64,000 nucleotides of DNA from Octopus bimaculoides (lineage: Eukaryota), in the NCBI RefSeq assembly GCF_001194135.2, contig NC_068981.1, positions 154,732,098 through 154,796,097 on the forward strand, written 5' to 3'. Shown here piece after piece: positions 52,922 through 64,000 of the stretch (its first letter is position 1; each line of letters begins with the position of its first letter). The position numbers were made by a program, and so were the translations under genes. The notes below the pieces were generated by a model, which had not been told where the DNA came from, searched no databases, and was given only the letters and a program-made list of their open reading frames with translations.

Positions 52922-55877
52922 TATATATACAATGGGTTCAGTTTCTATCTAGCAAATCCACTCGTAAAATTTTGATCATCCTGGAGCTATAATAGAGGAC
53001 ACTTGCCCAATATGCAATGCAGTGGGACTGAACCTGGAACTGTGTAGTTGGGAAGCAAACTTACTACACAGCTATGTCTGTACCTTCTTTCCACACACAT
53101 GCACACACAAAATCAATAGCCTATATATAATGTAAGTGGTGTGTGTTTCATAACACATTGTACTATTGAAAAAAACCAATGCAAAGTTTGTCTGGCAAAA
53201 TTTGAACAACTCATCATTTTATTGTTTAGCTGGTACTTTAATTATTTGGTCAGCTTTGTCTCCCATACTTTATTCCACACAGCTATATATTTTACCATCA
53301 TTCTGTTACTAATTTAACTCAATAATTCTATATTTTTCTGTTTCATAAGGTCAGGATCTCATTAGTTAGGCCAAACCACTTCTCAATATTAAAAAAAGGT
53401 GGAAAGTTTAAAAAAGAAGATGCACAAGTTGCTATGAATATGGCTTAAAATAAGATTTAGCATAATCAGTTTATACAGGTCATTGAAAGAAATTTGTGAT
53501 TTTAGTAACAGTTAAAATATTTCATTATCAATTAACAGATCTGAAGACTTGTAATTTCTGAATTACAAAATACAAAAAACTTCACTTCCCTGACCAATGC
53601 ATGCTTTGATTTAACAAGAATCTTTCAATCTTTCATGTTAATGACTATTATTTTCTTAGTTCTACAATTACACCATACACAGATGCTTATTGCGATAAAT
53701 GCCATTTAGTTCAATAGCCCACCAAGATTCATCAAATGAAAGGGAAGATAGATAAAAGCTCTTAATATTTATTTCAAGATGACAAATTGGAGAAAAATAT
53801 TCCAGTTCATTGTTTATTCATCAAAGATAAGTCATTTTCCAAGAGATATGCCTATTCTCTTGTATCAAGTACAGACTTAACACAGACAGCTATCATAACT
53901 ATTTACATTCTGATTACCATAACTATTATGCCTTTTATCATAACTGTCTTCATTTCATCTTATCAATAACTATGATTATATGAATAATAATTTCAAAAAT
54001 CAACATAATAATTGTAACTCCTAATATTAATCATAACGTGACTCTGAAGAAAGCTGTTTATGACCTGCCTCTATTGATAATTCATTTCCCTTTAGTCTCT
54101 TCAATTTTGCCAATAATCCTTATACCTCATCTGATGTGCTTAACTGTTCTAGTTTCTTTCTTCCTCTACACCTCTTTCTTTCTCCTATATGCACTCTCTT
54201 TCTCACTGACACAAACACATATACATACACACACATTTCTTCTGTAACAATGCCAATGATCAACTGATATTGTCACATACAATACTGATCATTCCCGCTA
54301 AAAATATCCAACTACTAATGTTTTGTTGGAAACGATAAACTGCTGCATGTCACGCAACCATTGTTCAAATAACATACACAGAAAGAAAAACATTTTGATA
54401 AACATTATTGAATTTATTTGATTCAAATAGTCAGAAAGTGCACGGTGAAAATATCAATAAAAACTCAGCAAGTGGAAACTGATGACTGCTGAAAGAAACT
54501 TGACTTCCGAGATTGAGTCAAAACTGACTCACAATTTGTAGGCATCACTAACAACATCTTAATGGCTTTTAATTGCACTGTTTCAAATTACACTCACAGT
54601 AATAATTTTTACAGAAATCTTTACAGATAATCATTAGAAAATTGAAAGGGGAAAGACTTAAAATGAAAAACAAAAACAAATTACTAATAAGTAGAAAAAG
54701 GAAAAAAAACAGGGATGATCAAAATAAAGATAAAAAGCATTGATTCTTTATAGGGATTAATTCTAATTACACTCTTAAGATAATTTCAATGAGTATATGA
54801 AACAGTCAATAAGGAAAACATTTATAGAAAATGTTCAAGAAATTAGGTCTGCAATTAAGTTTCCTAAATGGGAAAACAATTCCTAACAAATAAAACATAA
54901 AAACAATTACAACAGACTGACATGAAAAGTATCTAATTTATTGACCAAACAAAGCAGCTATCAAGATATTAAAATCTGACCTAGTGCAACAGCTGGACTC
55001 CAAGGACATAAATATATTCATATTAACTTATCACTGACACTTGCTTTGAATTAGCATGATGATGATGATGGTGGTAGTGGTGGTGATTTCAATTCCTGCA
55101 CAAAACTACAAATCTCAGTAGGGCAAGTAAAATAAATTTTATTGACTCTGGAAAGATGAAAGGTAAAGGTGACCTTAGCAGAATCTGAATTCAGAATGAA
55201 GAGAGACAAAATTTTAGTTTAGTTCAGCTGATGTCATTCTTCACTCTGTAGTATCCAATTTAGATACCTTGTGCCAGGCTTTATACTGCTTTCAATAGCA
55301 GAGACCTTTGAAAATATTCTTCAATTGAAATAAAACAACCTAATCCCCATCAACAGCAGAAAGTAAGATACAATTGCTAAATATATTAACAACATCCTCT
55401 CTACTCATACAAAATTAAAACCCTCAAATACTTTAGAAATGCTTGATCTCATAATGTCTATATTGATCTCTTCTAGCAACTACAGGTACACAGCATTGTC
55501 AAAACTGCATTCCAAAGGCCAGGACTCTTCTTCAAAGCTAGAGAGTAATCCAGTCCTTATTAATTACTGATCTTACATGAAACTCAAATGTGACCCATAT
55601 TTCAATACAACACATTTTTATGGAATAGTGCTGCTCCAATACATAAATATCCTAGACTCTAACAAAAACAAAAAAATCCATCAAACTGATTGGCAAAGAT
55701 TATGATAACTATTAAGACAAAGTTATCATACAGCCAATTTGTGATATTTTAGAAGTCCCTACTGACAAAAGTAGTGCATGTCCAATGTGAGATGTTTTAA
55801 GTTGCATATAGAAGTAACCTGTGACAGAAGATTAAGGAAAAAGGGAAAAGGATATGGTATTGTCTGCATAGGAGACA

Positions 55878-55916
<39 letters not shown>

Positions 55917-56059
55917 TGTATGTGTGCATGCATATGTGTGTATAGATAGAAGCAAGATCATTTAATGTACATGAGGTAGTGTCTTGAAAGCATATCTAAA
56001 TACTAAAGTACACTCAAGTTAAAACAAATAGGTATTGGAGAAGGTCCTCTCTAGTATAT

Positions 56060-56720
56060 GCTGTAAGTGCTGACTGTCAAGGAACTTCTGAGAGATAGAC
56101 AGAGTCCATAGTTGGGGAACTTAGAGGTTTCTCTTATCAGATAGTCAAATGTTTATGATGTTAACATTACTTTCCCCAATGTTCCGAAGGGTGAGAGTCC
56201 TTCATTAGTGATGGTACTGGAAAGTTAGTTTCCAGTAGATTTGGTACAACAGAAACAGTCATGGTGATCACTAAAATAGGGAGAAGACTTAAGTTGAAGG
56301 GATGAAGGAAATATTTATGACTGTGTCCATCACTTTTGGGATGTTAAAAGGAATTAATATCATTGAACCCTAGATTGACTCAAACTAAGCAAATCTATGA
56401 TCAAACGTATTCTAGCTAAGTCTATCCAATATTTGTTTTTCAGTCTACGGGTCACATTATCTAATGTGTTGTTTCATTTTTAAGATAGAAAGGTATAATT
56501 TTAGGAAGATTTGTCTGCTATTTCAGGGAGATCAAGTGACCAAATAGAGGCTCCTTCATTGATTCACGCGTGTGATAAGGTGGCAGTTGGTAGATTTGGA
56601 GAAACTGTTCCTCTTGGGAATGGACACACTGCAAAGTATTTCAAAAGATTGGGATAAACCCCTTTGGAGAAAGATTGAGCTGATTAGCAACCTTCAATAT
56701 GCCTCCTCAGTCTCCATTCA
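56060..56720 (-). mobile_element. Decayed CR1/Jockey-like LINE RT fragment
   Basis: VSIPKRNSFSKSTNCHLI (VxPIPKKG..NYRPI), LFSDHHDCFCCTKSTGN (LLSDxQYGFRxGRST), SKFPNYG (SKLPSYG). Interrupted by another repeat. Confidence 0.6.
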
Positions 56721-57469
56721 AAATTATTTGTTTTTGTCTTCTTTAATAATCTCAAATATTTTGCTCCCAAAAGCAATCTTCAATAAATGAGCTAATCTTT
56801 CCTTCTAAATATTTGCCCTGCATTCCAATTAGCAATGATTGATGAAAATGCACACCAATCTCATATTGCAGAAAATAAAACAAACATCTTCTGGCTACAT
56901 CGAAATGTACCTATAACAACTGAGACTGGCTCTCAAACTTAAAAGAAAATAACTTTGGCTAGCTCAAGAATGCCAGTCATAGAATTTATAAGTGATATTG
57001 ATTGAAGATATAATTCCACTAATGTTTATATGGAGAGCAATAAAAAAAAAATGTATGTTTGTTATTAAGAAACATTTGCAAACAACAACAATAACAATTT
57101 CTTTGTTTTGCCATAAGGACAACAAATAGTATATGGACAAGAAACAATATAATATAATACAATTGCTACAATAGAATACTATCAATTAAGCAAATATACA
57201 ATGAGGTATTTCATCCATCTCATTGTATATATTCTTTGTTTTATTTTCTCTCTTTTATATCTTAATCTATTCAATGTCCATGTTTTAGTTCAAAAATTTA
57301 GAAATGTGTTTTGAAGAACTCATCCCCTGCTCCCACATACACACCTCTTACATGTCATCATCCCCACCAAAACCACCACCACCACCACCACCACCATCAC
57401 CATCACCCTCATCATCATCATCATCATCATCATTATTATTTTACTTCCTAACTGCATCTCATCTAAGCT

Positions 57470-57779
57470 AATTTTCTTTCCCATTAGCTCTGCTACAACT
57501 CTCTCTTATGTTCATAACATGGTCCATCAGCTTGAAACCTCTGTTGTTATTTCTTTCTAGAGCATCACCTCTGCCCTTGAAGCAGTTGATGATAATGCTT
57601 TTATACCAGGTACTGGGAATGAATCCTTCTTCTATTATGTAACTGACTGGTGCTGATTCATACTGATGCATACTACTTTGTAATATGGAACATCTTGCAG
57701 TTCTAATACTCCCATGGCAGAACATTGAACTCTTCTTCCATTTTTTATAGAGTGACATGTAGAATTTATGTGTCTGTCT

Positions 57780-57823
<44 letters not shown>

Positions 57824-58460
57824 AATCACTCACTACTGCACCATTCCACCATGTCACTTTTCATGTGACTGGAACTTTGCTTCAGCCATAGATCTGTTTT
57901 ATGGCTCACAACCAGTAGAAACATCGAAGTTGTTTTCTATCTTTTATGTCTTTAACTCCTCCTCCTTTTCAATAAACACATTATCTAGTACTTCTTTGAA
58001 CCTACATTTAGCAGTGATATCTTTCAGCTTCTACACCTTTCTTTCCCAGACTGTCTTGTAACTCTTGTTCCTTCTAACTTTTACTTGATGTCTCTAATCA
58101 ATGATAACCTTTTGTATAGTTGTGAATTCTTCACTAGATGAAGACTTAGTATTCACAACTATCTGCTTATGTCATTTCCTGATAAATCTATCGGGTTTGT
58201 GTATTAACTTGAGTGATAGATAATCAAATAACTAGCCGGTTTCCTCAAGTGAATGTAGCAAATAGTTAGCTCATTTACATTACACCTTATAACATACAAT
58301 AGCTTCCATGTACACTGGAACAACTATTATAGCTAGGATAATGAGATGACTGTTGTCTGTTATTGAAAAAGGCTGCAAAGTGGGTCTGTCAGTCAGGCTC
58401 GATTGTGGTGCAAATACAGAGAGCACTGTTTCTGTTGTGTTGTCTCTATGACTAGTCTTT
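57470..58460 (-). mobile_element. Decayed RTE-clade LINE (APE end to RT start)
   Basis: VLSVFAPQ; RKPASYLI; KLKDITAKCRFKEVL; IPSTWYKSIIINCFKGRGDALERNNNRGFKLMDHVMNI. Interrupted by an (CT)n tract. Confidence 0.85.
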
Positions 58461-58817
58461 TCTAAATTATTCAGTCACATACATTCATTACTTTATCCAT
58501 TTCTCTACCAACAATATATGTGTTATTCATTTTGAAAGAAAATAAAATGTATAAAGAAAAAGTTAGAAGGGTTCTCAAAAAATTATCACTAAAGCATTTG
58601 CTCTCTTGTGACAACACATTACCGAAAGGAATATATAAGTGATTTGAAATAGACTATAACTATAAGAGTACTGTTTTGATTTCTTAACAGCATTATTAAA
58701 AACTTTTCACTTATTAAGCTATAATTGTTGAAAATAAGATACTTCCCATTAATAAAAAAAACAACAACACTCATTTCAAGCTTAAAAGAGGAGCAGCTAC
58801 TTAGAATTTGATATACA

Positions 58818-58854
<37 letters not shown>

Positions 58855-59736
58855 AGCAATACAAAACTTCTCATTGCCAGAAACAAATGAGCTAGTACCC
58901 AGTAAAAATCTAAATAAGGGGTTGGATTTTGTGACTCATGTCTAGCAAATAAAATAGGAAAAGGCATAAATGGACACAAGTCATTATTATACTGCATACA
59001 TATTTTACAGCAAGACTCTACACAAAATATGACACTATCCAAACATACACGTCAAATAAGAAGGAAGAAAATAATCCTGACATAAAATTTACAATGGATC
59101 CCGGAAGACCACCTAAAATAAGAACATATATTCTCAACACCAAAAAGATATAAAACATAGTAATGGAACTTTTAAAATAAAGAATACATTATAAAAGTAT
59201 AAAAATATATAACAAAAACAAGAGGATAAAACAAACAACAAAAATAAAAATATTCAAGTTGAAAACATTAAGAACATAAACCACACAGAACTAGCTCTTG
59301 CAAATAAATAAATAAATATATGAACACAACAAAATCAAACCGAAGCATATCTGCAGAATACTGATCAAAATAAGCCAAAAGTAGAACAACACAAACAATA
59401 ATATAAATATGAGAAAGATTTGAGAACAGAAAATTCCAATGATGTAAATTCTGAAAATGACAATATTCCAAAGGTGGAAATAGTTTAGTTTAAGAAATAA
59501 AATCAATAAATCTTCCTATGGACCAATAAAAGACAAGTGAAAGATAAAACTTAATGATAAAACAGCAACAGCAATAAAAAAGCTAAACTGGCCATCAGAT
59601 GCGAACATTACCCTCGTTAGAATAAACTATTTATATGCATCAGCTACAATAGTAATACAGTAAAGTAAGTACTCCTTCAAATCTACTCATATAGGTGCAG
59701 ACATAACTGTGTGGTTAAGAAGTTTTACTTTGCAGC

Positions 59737-59956
59737 TACGAGGGGGTGCTGAAAAGCTTCTGGCTTTAGGTAAAAGAAAATACAAGAGGATCAGTTCATT
59801 ATGATTTTATTCAACATATTCCCCTCTCAGATTCACACACTTATTGCAGTGGTCCCTTGGGTTTTGTAAACCTTGTAAAAAGAACTCAGAAGGTTGGGCC
59901 TCCAGCCAGGCCTTTTGTGATACCCTTAAAGTCAGGAACTTTTCAGCACCTCAGTA
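59737..59956. mobile_element. Mariner-derived MITE inserted in a SINE head
   Basis: TA-CGAGGGGGTGCTGAAAAGCTTCTGGCTTTA versus TAAAGTCAGGAACTTTTCAGCACCTCAG-TA. Confidence 0.8.
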
Positions 59957-60109
59957 TATGTTGTTCCATGTTCAACATCACAACATAATACCTAAGATAA
60001 GTATCTTGGGTTGACCGACAACTTTGAGAGTATGGAATTTGGTAAACAGACATCTCAGCAGATTGACTCATTTGTCACTACAACCAAATGAGGTACGTCA
60101 GGGTTGTTG

Positions 60110-60600
60110 AAATGTAAAGAGGATATTGTTTGGGTTTTTTTCAAGTGAAGTGTGTTTTTCAAGATTCTCAATAAAGAGTTTTGCCTGGCTGTCCTAAGAC
60201 ATTTGAGAAAAGTAATGTGAAGAAAAATCCCCAGGGTTAAAACTTAAGAAAACATCAATGCTGCACCGTGATAATGTTGTTGTTTAATATCACCCCTTAT
60301 CTGTAACTGTTTTGACAAAGTTCAAAACAGCTCTCATCTTGTTGTTCCCCTCCTCTCTGGATTTGGTCCAAAATTTATTGTGAAAGATGCTTGATTTCAG
60401 ACAATAGAAGAGATAAAAAAATATTTTCTACGACCACTGTACTACCTCTGAAAATTCCTTCCAGAACAAATTCCAAAACTGGAGAAAGTGTTGGGAGTAG
60501 TGTATCAACAGTGAAGGGGACTATTTTGAGGATGGTCTGATTAAATCTTATGTAAAGCAGTAAATTTGCTTTTTAAAATGTCTGGTTTCTTTTGGACACA
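60110..60600 (+). mobile_element. Decayed mariner transposase C-terminal remnant
   Basis: Fragments NKEFCLAVLRHLRK, MLHRDN and QNWRKCWE*CINSEGDYFEDG, followed by a TIR-like gtctggtttctttttggacaca. Confidence 0.75.
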
Positions 60601-63247
60601 TTATCATTGTTCTATGACCAATTTTTAATGCATATAAAGGTTGAATAGGTTGTCTCTAGCATAGCATTTTACCACCTGCTGTCATCCTTTGTAATCTCCT
60701 TCATGAAGTTCACCCAACAAATGTAAAGAAATATAAGTCAAAACAGAACTTATGATGTGTATACCATTCAATATGTCAGTTTTAACAGATAACAGTGTAT
60801 TCCTAAAAGAAATGAAGAAATTATCTTAAATCTAAAAACAGAGATAACCAGAATGTGGAGATTGGAAACAAGAATAATCCACTATCATAATAATGATAAA
60901 AAATGATGACATAACCAAAATACTGGGCACGACATAGTGAAAACAACACTACAAAGCACTTTCAAACCTCTGTCTGTCATTAACAGCTATAGATGAAGGT
61001 CCTAGTTGTGTGTCACACCAGAACAGCATTGCTTGTGGCTGAACAGTCAGATGTGTGAAAGGCAATCTCAGCCACACAAGCTGCATTTGTGGGCTATCCT
61101 GGTGCTGTCAGTTCTATCTCTCGAGTATAGGGTGTTCGGTAAGATCCAAGCCTGGGCAGAATAGGGAACAGGTTGTCACCCACACAGTGTTCCCCCACTG
61201 TCCACATCATTGATGGATCCAAAGAAACAGCACAGCTATTATAATTTGACACCAACAGCATAATAGGAGTTGCCAGAATTAAGTTGTGAACAATGTCGAA
61301 CTGCCTCAGGGGCTCAGGTTTCTGGTTTATCCTCAAGGTTTACTCCAAGGCAACAGAGGTTTGAAATCAGGGTTCTCCTTCCCCAAGATGGGTTACTTCC
61401 TGTCCAAGTTTATGAGGGCCATCTGCTTGACTAAGCATTGCATACATTCTAAGTAAAGTACTTTCAATGCAATAGAGATAAAAAAAAAAAAATACTGAGA
61501 TATGTAAATATGAACAACATACAAAAAAACAGCACTGCTAAGCATTTTGAAGCCTCTGTCTGTCATTAATGACTATGAATGAAGGCCCTAGTTGTCTGCT
61601 ACACTGGAACAGTATTGCCTGTGGCTGAACCTAAGGTTATACAAAGCTCATTTAAATGTGTTGTGAAAGCATGCAATAAAACCAAGACTAATGAAATAAT
61701 AATAATAAAAGTAACAATGGTTAACATCAAGCTCAAATGAGGCAATCAATGCAAAGAAACAAGTGATCACACCATTTCTGTATGTTTAATTTTAGCATGG
61801 TCAGAATATATATATACAGATGCAATTAAGGCAGTAGCGACAACTGTTGGGTAAAGACGCTGAAGTTCTGACATTAGAAAATGAAGAAGCAGTATAAGTA
61901 TGAACTAAGCATAGTATATGACAAATGATATGGCGACAATAACCCTAGGACATGACTGCTCAGACTAACAAAGAGACCAGAGTGAACTATTCAACAAACA
62001 AAAAAAAAGCATAGCAGTGCCTATAGCTTTACACAGTGTCCAAAAACTAGCTCTTCTGACAAAATCCTTGTTCTAAGCAAGACATGTTCAATTCCAGCTG
62101 TACATTTTCTGCACACTCATATATTAGCTGATTAACACCTGGCTATACTGACATATCCAACATATCAGTGTCAGGTAATAATACAATGCAACCAACACAG
62201 TATATGCTCAACACAATCACTGACCAACACTGTAATAACTCACAATATATATGAAATGATTTCAATAATCAGCAAAACATAACCCACACCATACATATTC
62301 AATATCACACATGAAACACAAAGTTACACCAGTAACAACAAAACAAGTGAAACAGGTGAAGTATACAAACATAATTCTAAACTCCTAAAAGACAATACAG
62401 CACAATCTGGACACATTGGGTGATGCAGTCCACTACCTGGAAAACAAAAATTGATGAGACAGTCATGACTAGAATGTTTCTGATCATATGTCTGTTTGAT
62501 TGGAACTGATCTGGGGTTTAAGCAACACATGTTTGTTGTGGTATCGTATTTTAGCAAAACACCAAAATGTTTAGGGAAATGCTCGATACAAAACAACATA
62601 CAACCTGGATAGAAATCGGAATTGCTTGTCAAGGATATAAAAGAGTGTAACAGCTGGAGGGAGATAAAATTATTTTGTTAGAAACATGAGGGCGCACCTG
62701 CATGAAACCGTTTTGAAACATAGATAATTACTGAAAACATTCCTTAAGTTAAATGCGATAAAAATGAAAATAACAAGCAGAATATGATCAAAAAACAACT
62801 CTCATTGTCTTCATAGATATTAGTAATTAAATGAACAACTAAAATGTATAGCAAATAACTTCAGGAAAACATTTCCAGACATGCCACTCTGAAAAACAAT
62901 ATTCAATAAAGTTGTAAATAATAATGTTTTGCTCCCCGACTTCAGAAGATTCTATTTATTTATAATTATATGTAATTATACATAATAATATTTTACATAT
63001 AGATTTTATCTGAGCCAGTGAGGAGTCCTCTACATGGCTACTTAATCTGGAAGAAATAGCAGCAAATTCTTCATGTCACACCCTACCATCTTAAAAAGAG
63101 ATGGCAACATTGGATAAATAAGTTCACAATATATAAAAAAAAAACTCCAAACAAGATGATCATGGCTGGAATGTCTTTGATCATATGTCTGCTTGATTTG
63201 AATTGAGCTGGGGCTAAGCAACATATATTTATTAGTATTATATTTAA

Positions 63248-63467
63248 CCCTTTTGTTACCAACCCAGCTAAAACTGGCTCTGGCTCTGCGTACAAATGTC
63301 TTGCTTTCTTAAGTTTTGAATTAAAATCTTCCACCAAACCTTAGTCACAATTTATGTTCCTAACACTAGCTGAATGATAACTAAGTTATTTTACTAAATT
63401 CTTTGTTATATTTAAAGTAATTGAAAGAAATACAGAGCATCTCAAAATAAATACAGTAATGAAAGAG
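63248..63467. mobile_element. piggyBac-like MITE
   Basis: TTAA-ccctttt gttacc ... gtaatgaaagag-TTAA. A related fragment lies at about 37770-37880. Confidence 0.6.
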
Positions 63468-63639
63468 TTAAGCAAAATGCCAAAATGCTTTGGGAAATGT
63501 TTGAAACACATAATAAACCACCTGGATGGAATTAATTGCTTGCCAAGGAGGACATGAAGGACCAAAACAACTGGAAGGATGTAGTAGTACTTTCAAAAGC
63601 TAATGAAAGGTTTTCCAGTATCTTGTTCACTAATGTGAA

Positions 63640-63870
63640 TTTAGAGACGTATGCATCCAATGGATTTAAATTGACTGGTCTTACATTGATTAAATACTCA
63701 TCAGAAGAAGAAGAATCAAACAGCAGCATGTCTAAGTCCTAGATAATCACTTAAGTGGATTTCAAAGCAACATTTGATGTTCATCATGAGGCCATTAGGA
63801 AAATTTATGAAACTGTCAGCATCCCACCTGTGTAGCTGAAGACAATCAGTGAATTTTACTAAGACATTTC
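63640..63870 (+). mobile_element. Decayed RTE-like RT fragment
   Basis: VDFKATFDVHHEAIRKIYETVSIP resembles VDFxxAFDSVHR..LWKI...GIP, preceded by a frameshifted GF..TID motif. Confidence 0.55.
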
Positions 63871-64000
63871 TGATCTAGTAATGAAGAACACTAGTAGTTC
63901 TTAGTCATTCCCCGTGGATAGATGTGTTGCTGTTTAACCCAAGGCCAGCTAGCACCAGTTGAGCAGAGCTATTCCACTACACCCTATGTAATTACAGCAT

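Noticed and set aside
54474-54508. GGAAA-CTGATGA...GAAA...TTCC hammerhead-like words
   Set aside because: There is no stem II pairing and no properly placed NUH triplet.
55972-55990. TGAGGTAGT let-7-like start
   Set aside because: It diverges after 9 nt and there is no hairpin.
59268-59506. Hydrophobic minus-strand ORFs after a good acceptor
   Set aside because: Hydrophobicity is explained by T-rich composition; there is no convincing donor or motif.
266-64000. Most ORFs in the supplied track (poly-X, YIYI, THTH, CVCV, ERER, NNN, III)
   Set aside because: They are translations of microsatellites, N gaps or SINE bodies, with no coding signal.

Overview
AT-rich (by inspection), microsatellite- and transposon-saturated eukaryotic DNA from a gapped draft assembly. 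The tRNA-derived SINE families with (ATT)n, (CAT)n and (TG)n tails suggest a coleoid cephalopod, most likely Octopus; this is inference from repeat recognition, not a database match. There is no prokaryotic content, rRNA, bona fide tRNA gene or CRISPR array. Almost all ORFs in the supplied track are microsatellite or N-gap artefacts. I can support only one host coding exon: 19940-20057 on the minus strand. It starts an ankyrin-repeat protein resembling the inversin N-terminus, so most of the window is probably intron or upstream sequence. The rest is fossil transposons: a truncated Ty3/Gypsy pol with its 3' LTR (37923-40752), mariner remnants, two pogo-superfamily remnants, RTE and CR1/Jockey-like LINE fragments, restriction-like-endonuclease (R4/Dong-like) fragments embedded in microsatellites, hAT, piggyBac-like and mariner MITEs, and dozens of SINEs. 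The most notable items are: (i) two unrelated elements carrying minimal hammerhead-ribozyme motifs, a 384-bp palindrome with one on each strand and a 188-bp terminally redundant retrozyme/Penelope-like unit; (ii) RLE retrotransposon pieces sitting in (TACA)n and (TAA)n tracts; (iii) a perfect 136-bp inverted duplication inside a decayed LINE; (iv) a pre-miRNA-like hairpin. All translations and pairings were done by hand.
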